A stretch of 63,729 nucleotides of DNA, the filler included, from Chiloscyllium plagiosum (Eukaryota), in NCBI RefSeq assembly GCF_004010195.1. It is 5 parts of one record of this genome, joined end to end, with 100 filler letters (N's around TTAATTAATTAA, not from the genome) between each part and the next. Parts side by side here need not be neighbours in the genome. Positions count along the whole stretch, not along the records: positions 1 to 26,193 come from NC_057717.1; 4 more parts are not named here. One strand, written 5' to 3'. Below the pieces are notes generated by a model. The model worked only from the letters and a program-made list of their open reading frames with translations, did not search any database and was not told where the DNA came from. Below are positions 11,722 through 22,790 of this stretch, in pieces. The position numbers and the translations under genes are program-made. Position 1 is the first letter of the stretch; each line of letters begins with the position of its first letter.

Positions 11722-13023
11722 NNNNNNNNNNNNNNNNNNNNNNNNNNNNNNNNNNNNNNNNNNNNNNNNNNNNNNNNNNNNNNNNNNNNNNNNNNNNNNN
11801 NNNNNNNNNNNNNNNNNNNNNNNNNNNNNNNNNNNNNNNNNNNNNNNNNNNNNNNNNNNNNNNNNNNNNNNNNNNNNNNNNNNNNNNNNNNNNNNNNNNN
11901 NNNNNNNNNNNNNNNNNNNNNNNNNNNNNNNNNNNNNNNNNNNNNNNNNNNNNNNNNNNNNNNNNNNNNNNNNNNNNNNNNNNNNNNNNNNNNNNNNNNN
12001 NNNNNNNNNNNNNNNNNNNNNNNNNNNNNNNNNNNNNNNNNNNNNNNNNNNNNNNNNNNNNNNNNNNNNNNNNNNNNNNNNNNNNNNNNNNNNNNNNNNN
12101 NNNNNNNNNNNNNNNNNNNNNNNNNNNNNNNNNNNNNNNNNNNNNNNNNNNNNNNNNNNNNNNNNNNNNNNNNNNNNNNNNNNNNNNNNNNNNNNNNNNN
12201 NNNNNNNNNNNNNNNNNNNNNNNNNNNNNNNNNNNNNNNNNNNNNNNNNNNNNNNNNNNNNNNNNNNNNNNNNNNNNNNNNNNNNNNNNNNNNNNNNNNN
12301 NNNNNNNNNNNNNNNNNNNNNNNNNNNNNNNNNNNNNNNNNNNNNNNNNNNNNNNNNNNNNNNNNNNNNNNNNNACACTCACTCACTCTCGCACTCACTC
12401 TCGCACTCACACACACACTCACTCACAGGCTCCTTTATAACAAGCTTACTAATTAATCCTGTCTCACTGTGGAATATCAGATCCAAAAGAGAGCCTCTTC
12501 CCGAGTTGGCTCCTTGATGTAATCACTTAGTGTACCCTCCTTGACCCTCGTTCCTGTACGTTATCATGGCACCTTGGGTTTGGGTTTGGGTTGGAGTTCC
12601 CCTTTGTTGGAGATACCTCCCTGCCTTGCATTCCCAACAACTGGGCCGCGCTCCCCATCTCTTGGCTCTGCCTGGACTGACCCCCAGCGCCACAAACCCG
12701 CCCCCCCCCCCTCTCCGTGACATTGCTCTGGCTGACTGGACCAAAAGAGTCTGTCTCTGCTCTCTCTCCATTGATGCTGCCAGACTCCGCTCAGTAATCT
12801 GTTGCCAACTGTCTATCACTCTGCTGAGAAACCCCAGCGCTCTGGTGTCTGTCCTCTTCCACTGCTAAAACAAATCACCTAAATCGGCTCATAACAGAAC
12901 GTTCCAGCACAGTACAGGCCCTTCGGCCCTCAATGTTGCGCTGACCTGCGAAACCCATCTAACCCACACTGTTCCATTTTCATCCAGATGTTCATCCAGT
13001 GAAGTGCCCTTAAAGTTGGCAAG

Positions 13024-13445
13024 TAGATTAGATTAGATTCCCTACAGTGTGGAAACAGGCCCTTCAGCCCAACCAGTCCACACCGACCCTCCAAAGAGAA
13101 CCCACCCAGATCCATTTCCCTCTGACTAATGCACCTAACACTATGGGTAATTTAGCACGGCCAATCCACCCTAACCTCTACATCCCTGGGCACTATGGGT
13201 AATTTAGCATGGCCAATCCACCCTAACTTCCACATCCCTGGGCACTATGGGTAATTTATCACGGCCAATCCACCCTGACCTGCACATCTTTGGACTGTGG
13301 GAGGAAACCAGAGCACCCGGAGGAAACCCACGCAGACACAGGGGAGAATATGCAAACTGCACACAGACAGTCGCCCAAGGTGGGAATCGAACCTGGGTCC
13401 CTGCCGCTGTGAGGCAGCAGTGCTAACCACTGAGCAAATGTGCCG
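13024..13445 (-). mobile_element. HE1/V-SINE-type SINE, near full length, ~3 copies of the 52-bp unit
   Basis: Reverse strand has A box (..CTCAGTGGTTAGC), B box (GGTTCGATTCC) and an (AATCT)n tail. Confidence 0.9.
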
Positions 13446-13539
13446 AAATGAGTTCCAGTAGCTTATTTTTCTCAAAAATGCAACAATTCCTTTCACAGCC
13501 CCTGGATTTTAAAACAGTTGCTTCTTATTTTTGTAAATT

Positions 13540-13925
13540 CGTTCACGGGATGAGAGTTTTGCTGTCCAGGACCAGCATTTATTGCCCATCCCTAATTACC
13601 TAGAGGGCATTTGAGAGTCAACCACTTTGCTGTGGGTCTGGAGTCACATGTAGACCATTGTCATAGTCATAGAGATGTACAGCATGGAAACCGACCCTTC
13701 GGCCCAACCTGTCCAGATATCCCAACCCAAGAACGCTGGTAGTTTCCTTCCCTGAAAGACATGAGTGAACCAGATGGGTTTTTCCACCAATGGTCATCAT
13801 TAGACTCCTATTTCCCAATTTTACTGAGTTCCAATTCTACCGTATCCCGTGGCAGGATTTGAACCTGGGTCCCCAGAATGTTACCCGGGTCTCTACATTA
13901 ACAGTCTAGTGATAATACCATACAG
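13540..13925 (-). mobile_element. tRNA-derived SINE (family of 2300-2565), interrupted by CR1-tail sequence
   Basis: Shared core GGAGTCACATGTAG..AGTGAACCAGATGGG and head GGATTTGAACCTGGGTCCCCAGAA. Confidence 0.55.
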
Positions 13926-14234
13926 TCACAGAGATGTACAGCATGGAAACAGACCCTTCGGTCCAACTCGTCCATGCCGGCCCAGATATCCCAACGCACT
14001 AGGCTGTTGCCTCCCCATTGCAGTAGACGATGAAGTCTTGCCCCTTGGTTACCGTTATGCCACCCATCGTGTGCCTGCATTACCTTTGGTGAACTGACCC
14101 ATGACCCCGACAGCCTCCCTGTCACTTTATCCCCACCTGAGAGGGGGAAGGCATGGTCTCGCGTTGGCTCAGAAAGACTGTCCCTCCGACAGTGAGCTCC
14201 ACTCTGGCATCGGGGAGTCCTGACAGTTGCTACC

Positions 14235-15040
14235 CCAGGTCGATAGGGCAGTTAAGAAGGCATAAGAAGATATGTTAGCCTTTATCGGTAGAGGGATTGA
14301 GTTTCGGAGCCATGAGGTCATGCTGCAGCTGTACAAAACTCTGGTGCGGCCGCATTGTGGAGTATTGTGTACGGTTCTGGTCACCGCATTATCGGAAGGA
14401 TGTGGAAGCTTTGGAAAAGGGTTCAAAGTAGACTTACCAGGATGTTGCCTGGTACGGAGGGAAGGTCTTAAGAGGAAAGGCTGAGGGACGTGAGGCTGTT
14501 TTCGTTAGAGAGAAGAAGGTTGAGAGGTGACTTAATAGAGACATACAAGATAATCAGAGAGTTAGATAGGGTGGATAGTGAGAGCCTTTTCCCTCGGATG
14601 GTGATGGCTAGCACAAGGGGACAGAGCTTTAAACTGAGGGATGACAGATACAGGACAGATGTCAGAGCCAGGTTCTTTACTCAGGGAGTAGTAGGAGCGT
14701 GGAACACACTGCCTGCAACAGTAGTAGACTCGCCAAATTTAAGGGCATTGAAATGGTTATTGGATAAACATGTGGATGAGAATGGAAGCACTAGCTTTCG
14801 GAGTGTTACTCCTTCATCAGGTGGTTAAGGAGCAGGGCTCCGAAAGCTAGTGCTTCCAAATGAACCTGTTGGGCTCCATACAGGTGTCGTGTGACTTTTA
14901 ACATTGCCCACCGCAGTTCAACACCGGCTCCTTCAAATAATGATAATGGGATCGTGTAGGTTAGATGGGCATCAGGTTGGTTTCACGGGTCAGCGCAGCA
15001 GCGAGGGCCCAAGGGCCTTACTGCGCTGGAATGTTCCATG
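14235..15040 (+). mobile_element. CR1 LINE 3' fragment, interrupted at 14786-14939 by a small insertion
   Basis: MLAFIGRGIEFRSHEVMLQLYKTLVRPH and LERRRLRGDLIETYKII...FFTQGVVGAWN; the CR1 tail resumes at ~14950. Confidence 0.9.
14788..14823 (-). ncRNA. Minimal type I hammerhead ribozyme motif (Penelope-type)
   Basis: Minus strand reads CAC-CUGAUGA-A-GGAGU(AAC)ACUCC-GAAA-G-CUA-GUG. It has both catalytic boxes, a perfect stem II, palindromic AGCU as minimal helix III, and helix I CAC/GUG. Activity not tested. Confidence 0.72.
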
Positions 15041-15442
15041 CAGCAGGCAGTTCCTTCAGGCCTGTCTCCGCAGAGCTGGGCAGGGGGGAGAGGGGGGTGC
15101 TCAATCTCCACCTCTTCATCTTTCCCACCCCAGCCGCCTGCTGTCAGCTTATCTTTGCAAGGAACTCCATGAAGCAATTCTTTTGTTCTCTTGCAAAGTG
15201 CCACTTCAGATAAGTTTTAATCTTCTTATACGTGGCGTCGGGCCGCCTGACAGGATTAAATAGCACATGACCCTCTCAATTACACAACGGCTCCACCCCC
15301 TCCCACGCCACCACCTTCCACACTGGCTGCTTTCAATTGTCATGGGTGATGTCCCCTTCGGGAAGCACACTTCTCTGTTTCTGTGCGTGCGTGTGTGCGT
15401 GCTTATTTTGTGTGTGTGTCTATCTGTCTGTCTCTTCACTCT

Positions 15443-16019
15443 AGATCATAGAATCGCTACAGTGTGGAACAGGCCCTTCGGCCCAGCAAGTCCACACTGA
15501 CCCCTCCGAAAAGTAACCCACCCAGACTCATTCCCCATTACTCCACATTACCCCTGACTAATCCATCCTAACCTGCACATCGCTGGGCACTATGGGTAAT
15601 TTAGCACGGCCAATCCACCCTAACCTGCACATCCCTGGGCATTATGGGTAATTTAGCATGGCCAGTCCACCCTAACCTGCACATCCCTGGGCACTATGGG
15701 TAATTTAGCATGGCCAATCCACCCTAACCTGCACATCCCTGGGCACTATGGGTAATTTAGCACGGCCAGTCTGCCCTAACCTACACATCCCTGGGCACTA
15801 TGGGTAATTTAGCACGGCCAGTCTGCCCTAACCTGCACATCCCTGGGCACTATGGGTAATTTAGCACGGCCAATCCACCCTTACCTTTGGACTGTGGGAG
15901 GAAACCCACACAGACACTGGGGTAGAATGTGCACATTCCACACAGACAGTCGCCCCGAGGGTGGGATTGAACCCGAGTCCCTGGCGCTGTGAGGCAGCGG
16001 TGCTAACCGCTGAGCCACC
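15443..16019 (-). mobile_element. HE1/V-SINE-type SINE with ~6 copies of the 52-bp unit
   Basis: Reverse strand has tRNA head GGTGGCTCAGCGGTTAGCACCGCTGCCTCACAGCGCC and B box; tandem units at ~15568-15885. Confidence 0.9.
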
Positions 16020-16084
16020 CTTCGGCCCACACTCTCCCTCTCTGTCTTTGTGCCTATCCCTATTTCCTTCCCATTTCCACTCCT

Positions 16085-16620
16085 GCTCTCACCCCATTTG
16101 GAGTATTGTGTGCAGTTTGGGCCCCAGATCTCAGGCAGGATATACTGGCCCCTGGAGTGTGTTCAGAGAGAGACGGTCACAAGATCGGTCCCAGGACGGA
16201 AAACCCTAACATATGAGGAATACGCAAGGACTTTGGGTCTATACTCGATGGAGTTTAGAAGGATGTGAGGGCTTTAATTGAAAAATACTAGACAGAATGG
16301 ATGTTGGGAAGATGTGTCCATGGGTAGGAGAGACTCAGACCCAAAGGCACAGCCTCAGAGTAAAGGGAGGAACGGAGATAAAGCAAAACCTCTCCAGCCA
16401 GAGAGTGGGGAATCGATGGAATTCTCTGCCACTGAAGGCTGTGGAGGCCAGGTCACTGAGGATATTTAAGACTGAGATAGCTAGAGTCTTGACTATCAAG
16501 GGTTATGGGGAGAAAGCGGGAGAATGAGGTTGAGAAACCTATCAGCCGTGATTGAATGGGGGAGCAGGCTTGATGGGCTGAACGGCCTAATTTCTGCTCC
16601 TCTGTATTATGGTCTTATGG
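16085..16620 (+). mobile_element. Decayed CR1 3' fragment
   Basis: PHLEYCVQFG..., QRVGNRWNSLPLKAVEARSLRIFKTEI. Confidence 0.8.
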
Positions 16621-16875
16621 TTTTATCCTTCCTCCCCCATTTCGCACAGCCACCCTCTCACTGTCTTTTTCTATCTATTTCACACACTGTCACTTCCATT
16701 ATGCTCTCTGTCTGCCTTACATACCCCTCCCGTCTTGCACACGCTCTCTCTCCCATGCGCCCTCCCTGTTCTCTCCCTCTTCCTTCCTTCCCTCTCTCTC
16801 TCCCTCTCTCTCTCCCTCTCTCTCTCCCTCTCTCCCTCCCTCTCTCCCTCCCTCTCTCCCTCCCTCTCTCCCTCT

Positions 16876-17301
16876 TCCCCTTCCTGGTTAAATCTCTCTC
16901 TGTCTCAGCCTTGAATACCCTCAATGTCCCGGCCCTCCATTCCCCTTCCTGGTTAAATCTCTCTCTGTCTCAGCCTTGAATACCCTCAATGTCCCGGCCC
17001 TCCATTCCCCTTCCTGGTTAAATCTCTCTCTGTCTCAGCCTTGAATACCCTCAATGTCCCGGCCCTCCATTCCCCTTCCTGGTTAAATCTCTCTCTGTCT
17101 CAGCCTTGAATACCCTCAATGTCCCGGCCCTCCATTCCCCTTCCTGGTTAAATCTCTCTCTGTCTCAGCCTTGAATACCCTCAATGTCCCGGCCCTCCAT
17201 TCCCCTTCCTGGTTAAATCTCTCTCTGTCTCAGCCTTGAATACCCTCAATGTCCCGGCCCTCCATTCCCCTTCCTGGTTAAATCTCTCTCTGTCTCAGCC
17301 T
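16876..17301. repeat. 65-bp tandem repeat (~6.5 copies) running into a gap
   Basis: TCCCCTTCCTGGTTAAATCTCTCTCTGTCTCAGCCTTGAATACCCTCAATGTCCCGGCCCTCCAT starts at 16876, 16941 and 17006; it resembles antisense CR1 3' sequence. Confidence 0.95.
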
Positions 17302-17801
17302 NNNNNNNNNNNNNNNNNNNNNNNNNNNNNNNNNNNNNNNNNNNNNNNNNNNNNNNNNNNNNNNNNNNNNNNNNNNNNNNNNNNNNNNNNNNNNNNNNNN
17401 NNNNNNNNNNNNNNNNNNNNNNNNNNNNNNNNNNNNNNNNNNNNNNNNNNNNNNNNNNNNNNNNNNNNNNNNNNNNNNNNNNNNNNNNNNNNNNNNNNNN
17501 NNNNNNNNNNNNNNNNNNNNNNNNNNNNNNNNNNNNNNNNNNNNNNNNNNNNNNNNNNNNNNNNNNNNNNNNNNNNNNNNNNNNNNNNNNNNNNNNNNNN
17601 NNNNNNNNNNNNNNNNNNNNNNNNNNNNNNNNNNNNNNNNNNNNNNNNNNNNNNNNNNNNNNNNNNNNNNNNNNNNNNNNNNNNNNNNNNNNNNNNNNNN
17701 NNNNNNNNNNNNNNNNNNNNNNNNNNNNNNNNNNNNNNNNNNNNNNNNNNNNNNNNNNNNNNNNNNNNNNNNNNNNNNNNNNNNNNNNNNNNNNNNNNNN
17801 N
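17302..17801. other. Exactly 500-N scaffolding gap (arbitrary size)
   Basis: 500 N counted; another 500-N gap lies at 49713-50212. Confidence 0.9.
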
Positions 17802-18240
17802 TCCTACAGTAGCTGAAATGGTATACCTGTTTTCGTGGGGAATGGGCACGGGGAATAGCTGCACTCCCTTTGCCATTCCAAACCTACTCTCTGCCTGGAA
17901 CATGATAGGGAGCAAGGACTGGCTGTTGGATTAAATTGTGTTTATTGATGTAAGACTGATGAACTCAGGGCATGGATATTTATGTCGGTCTGTGCCATTA
18001 TAGTCATTATAGAAACATGGCCAGAGTGGGTCTTGGTCGTGACCACCGCACTAAAGCATTTATATACGAAGTTCGCAGCATCTCCGATAAGCCTGAGTGC
18101 GTCCAACACCAGCTCCCAAACATGCTCTCCCAGGATCTGCAGCTGGGTGCACTTTCTGCACGTGTAGTCAACAGGGATGGTGGAAATCTCTCTGAGCTCC
18201 CACATACCACAGGAGGAACGTACAACTGGCCTAACTGCCT
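17802..18240 (-). mobile_element. Decayed CR1 ORF1 (zinc-finger/leucine-zipper region)
   Basis: MWELREISTIPVDYTCRKCTQLQILGEHVWELVLDALRLI aligns by eye with the ORF1 at 46568. Confidence 0.75.
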
Positions 18241-20671
18241 TCTTGACTGCTGTAATACTAAATTAAAAGGACTTTATTTGAGTTTGCCTATACTTTTGTT
18301 CTGAGCTGCTGCTATCTTAAGCCTCTCAAACTAATGACTTACTATTTATTCTGCGACCAACTGCATTTTCTCTACTCCTCCACATTTACTTTTGTTTAGG
18401 GAAGTAGGGCGACACTACAGTAATGCAATGTCTGTGCCTTAAGTAGTCCTTGACACCAAGCCCATGGCGACCTGCTCTCCAGAGCACGTCATTACTTGAA
18501 CTTGGAGGGTGTCTTACTGAGTCTTCCTCCTGCTGGTGGTGACTGTGCTGACGAAAATATTCACCTCAACAGCCAATCCTCGTTGTCGCAGTCCCCTGGT
18601 CCTTTCTGTCTATTACTACTGCATTTATGAAATCCCTGAATCCGTCGAATGCATTCCAAACTGTATCTCACTCCAAAGGGAGAGAAGTTATGTTCTAGTG
18701 AACACAGGGCTGTTGGAAAAAGAATGGCATTAGACATTGGAGCAGCATTCTTGCTATCTGCCCACTGAGTCTGCTTTTCTGTTCAATTCCATTACATTTA
18801 TTCTGATAATCCCCATTCCACTTGACTGCATTTTCCCTATAACAAACCGTTGTTTCACAATCAGTCTGTCTCAGCCTTCAAGATAGTTAATGATCTATCC
18901 TCAACAGCCCTCAGAATTGTCTACAATTGTTTCGCTCCCACTATTGGGAGACTTGGTGGCCTTTAATCCTTATTTCTAGCACTCTATGTGAGAGTTGTGC
19001 CAACGTTAGATGTTATCGTGTCCCATCACACCATCGCTGTGGCCAGAGACAAGAGTAAAATAAAAAATGTCAGAGTCTGTGCTCTTCTCCCTCATCTTCT
19101 GCATCAGCCTAAGTTACAGCTCACCAGGATCTGGGGATTTGTCCACCCTTTACCCTGCATAAACTTTCAAATCTTCCTTGGCTTCTGTAACAAATCGTTC
19201 AAGGGGCACACTNNNNNNNNNNNNNNNNNNNNNNNNNNNNNNNNNNNNNNNNNNNNNNNNNNNNNNNNNNNNNNNNNNNNNNNNNNNNCTGATTTCAGCT
19301 TCTCTTTCGTTTTTAATTCTGTTCTGATTTTTTTTTTGTTGACACCCGAGGTTCTCTGGGCTTGTTTTCCAAATTTACATCTTTCGTGCAACACATTCGG
19401 CGGACACTCTCATTAATTCCATTTTAATCAACTGATTCCCCAACACCCCCACCACACGCTGTTCTGCTACAGTTTCACTCAGAAGACACTGTACTCTGGA
19501 CAGATTCCGTCATATTTTTTCATAAAATCGGTCTCCCCAATCCAGAAACCTTTTATTTACAAGATAGTGCATTTTTTAAATCTTTTCCTTACCAAACGTA
19601 AAATGTATGGTGTCATGGTTACTGGGCGTATACTGCTCTCCCAATCCTGCCTGCAATATACTGACTGGCTTCATTCCCCACAGTGAGGCACATCTCTGCC
19701 GTACCCATTGTTGTATCTGCTCCATGATGATACAAGGAGTTTCTGGAATAAATTTCAAGGCATCTGTCCCCTCTTAAAATATTATCACTGCCAGAATTAA
19801 TGCTTGGAAATGAAATACCTATGTATAATAAACCTATTATTGTTTTGACACACCTCAGTAAATTGGTTTTATATCTGTTCCTGTCCTTTCTTTTATCTGG
19901 GGGGTCTATAATATGTCCCCAGGAGTGCCTCGGCTGTGGTTTTGATCCTGAGCTCTGACCACCAATGCTCATTAGAAGATATTTCCAAGATATCGCCCCT
20001 CTTTACTGTTGTAACTGACTCCATAACTAATCATGCAACACCACCTCCTATTTTAACCCTCTCCTGTGCAGCCTATAGTTCTTTTACCACAACATATTGA
20101 GTTGTCAGCCCTGACCTCCCTCAAACGCATCTCTGTAATGGCAACAATGTCACATGTCACCTTGTTCCCTTATCGCATTTGTCTGTCCGATAACATTCCT
20201 AGCATTAGGATAAAGCACATGTACCCTGGAATATAACACCTGGAATACTCCGTACCTCGGAGTTCTTCAGTCATTCACTGTTCCTTATCAAGCTGCCCAA
20301 CTCATGAACCAAAACTGTAACTCTGTGACTCAATTAGTATTTGTTGAAATGAAATTTCGTTTTTACTAGATGTACTAATGTAATGCAATTTTCCAGAACT
20401 GAGCAGTCTGCTCGACATACAATGAGTTTCTGCTGATTAAATCCCTGCTCAGTGTGCAGAGGGGACAGCAGTCAGTAATAGGGAAAATGAGGACGGCAGA
20501 TGCTGGAGATCAGAGCCGAAACGTGTGGCACTGAAAATGAACTGCCAGTCATAAACATCTGAGGAGCAAGAGAGTCAAAGATTTGGGCTTCACCCCTTCA
20601 TCAGGAGCGCATTCATGCCTTCCAATATTTTTCATTCCATGGTTCACAGGATATTGGGAACCATACCATTT

Positions 20672-21005
20672 GGGCGGCACGGTGGCACAGTGGTTAGCAT
20701 TGCTGCCTCACAGCGCCAGAGACCCGGGTTCAATTCCTGCCTCGGGCGACTGACTGTGTGGAGTTTGCACATTCTCCCCATGTCTGCGTGGGTTTCCTCC
20801 GGGTGCTCCGGTTTCCTCCCACAGTCCAAAAATGTGCAGGTCAGGTAAATTGGCCATGCTAAATTGCCCGTAGTGTTAGGTGCAGGGGTAAATGTAGGGG
20901 AATGGGTCTGGGTGGGTTGCGCTTCGGCGGGTGGGTGTGGACTTGTTGGGCCGAAGGGCCTGTTTCCACATTAAGTAATCTAATCTAAAGTAATCTAATC
21001 TAATC
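20672..21005 (+). mobile_element. Full-length HE1/V-SINE-type tRNA-derived SINE
   Basis: A box TGGCACAGTGG at 20683-20693, B box GGTTCAATTCC at 20727-20737, core GGAGTTTGCACATTCTCCCC..GGGTTTCCTCCGGGTGCTCCGG, CR1-like tail and (TAATC)n end. Confidence 0.93.
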
Positions 21006-21099
21006 ATACGTGCTAAGTGAAGTAGCATCGTACATATCCCTGAAATGGAAAGCAGTTAATCAGTTGGTTGGACAGGGAGAAGACAATTTCAGGCGAAGT

Positions 21100-21970
21100 A
21101 TAGATTAATTGAAGTACAATCATAAGAATAGATAAATCCCCTGGGCCAGAGTGGAAACACCCTAAGTTGCTACTCGAGGTGAGAGAAGAGATTTCTGCAC
21201 ATTTGGCGATGGTCTTTGCGTCTTCACTCTCCATTGGAATAGTGCCAGATGATTGAGGGTGGAAAATGTTACACCCTTGTTCATGAAAGAGAATTTGTAT
21301 AATCCTGAGAATTACAGTCCAGTCAGTCTTACATCAGTATTGGGCAAAGTATGGAGAGGATTCTGAGAGACAGACATTATGATTACTTGGAAAATCATAG
21401 CTTGATTCGAAATAGTCAGCATGGCTTTGGTAGGGGCAAGTCATGCCTCACAAACCTTATGGAATTCTTCGAGGATAGGATCAAACACATTGAAGAAGGT
21501 AGAGCAGTGGATGCGGTGTGCATGCATTTTAACAAGGCGTTTGACCACGTTACCGATGGCAGATTCATTCAGAAGGCAAGGAGGCTTGGGATACAAAGAA
21601 ACCTCTCTGACTGGATACAGAATTGACTAGCCCATAGAGACATTATGTGGTAGTAAACGGAAAGTATTCAGTCTGCAGCTCGGTGAAAAGTGGTGTTCTG
21701 CAGGATTTGGTTCTAGGAACTCTGCTGTTTGTGGGTTTTTTAAATAATTTGGATGAGGAAGTGGAAGGGTGTGCTATTATATTTGTCAAAAGAACAAAGG
21801 TCGGTAGAATTGTGGATAGTGTGGAGGGCTGTTGTAGTTTGCACTGGGACATTGACAAGATTAAAAACTGGGCTGATAAGTGGCAGGTGGATTTCAACTT
21901 GGAAAAGTGTGAAGCAATTCATTCTGAAAAATCAAATTTGAATGCAGAATACTGGATAAAAGACAGATAG
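21100..21970 (+). mobile_element. Decayed CR1 ORF2 reverse-transcriptase region
   Basis: SQHGFGRGKSCLTNLMEFFE...VDAVCMHFNKAFD and SGVLQDLVLG...WADKWQVDFN. Confidence 0.9.
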
Positions 21971-21984
21971 TGCTCGTCTGGTCC

Positions 21985-22460
21985 CCAACAATTCACCCTC
22001 CTGTCTAGGCACCTTTCCCTGCCACCACAGGAATGCAAGACCTGTGCCCACACCCTCCCCCTCCCCCTCCCCCCCCCCCCCAAGGCCCGAAAGATCCTTC
22101 CACATCCATCAAGGTTTCACCTGCAGTTCCACACATGTCAGCTACTGTGTCCGTTGTTCCTAATGCGGTCTTCTATACGTTGGGGAGATAGGACCTCTAC
22201 TCGCAGAGCACTTCAGAGAACATCTCTGGGACACCCACACTAATTAACACCACTGCCTAGTGGCAGAACGCTTCAACTCCACCTTCCACTCTGCTGAGGA
22301 CATGCAGTTCCAGGGCTTTATCCATCGCCATTCCCTTACCACCTCATCTTCGACCTCGGGACACTCAAACCCCATGGCATAAATGTGGATTTCACCAGTT
22401 TCCAAGTTCCCCTCCTCCCTCCTTATCACAATTCCAAATTTCCAGCTTAGCACCGCCCAT
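21985..22460 (+). mobile_element. Decayed Penelope-like GIY-YIG fragment
   Basis: TACTGTGTCCGTTGTTCCTAATGCGGTCTTCTATACGTTGGGGAG reads YCVRCS*CGLLYVGE; homologous to 5560-6350. Confidence 0.65.
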
Positions 22461-22489
22461 CTTTTTATTCATAGTGGGAATGGATTTTT

Positions 22490-22790
22490 TTTAGATTCCC
22501 TACAGAGTGGAAGCAGGTCCTTTGGCCCGACAAGTCCGTACCAAATCTCCGAAAAGTAACCCATTTCTATCTGATTGATGCACCTATAACTATGGGTAAT
22601 TTAACATGGCCAATTTATTTGGCCTGGACAGCTTTGGACTGTGGATGAAAATCGGAACACCCGGAGGAAACTCACGCAGACATGTGCGAGAATGTGCAAA
22701 ATCCACACAGAGAGTCGACTGAGGTTGGAATCGAAACTGGTCCCTGGCACTGTGAGGCAGCAGTGCTCAAAGCGGAGCCACCGTGCCCAC
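22490..22790 (-). mobile_element. HE1-type SINE, single copy of the internal unit
   Basis: Reverse-strand head and tail match 20672-21005. Confidence 0.8.

Noticed and set aside
10895..12517. Long ORFs (RESARECERV etc.) and X-filled ORFs elsewhere
   Set aside because: These are simple repeats and N gaps.
20672..20745. tRNA gene
   Set aside because: The A/B boxes belong to the SINE head and run into the SINE core and tail.
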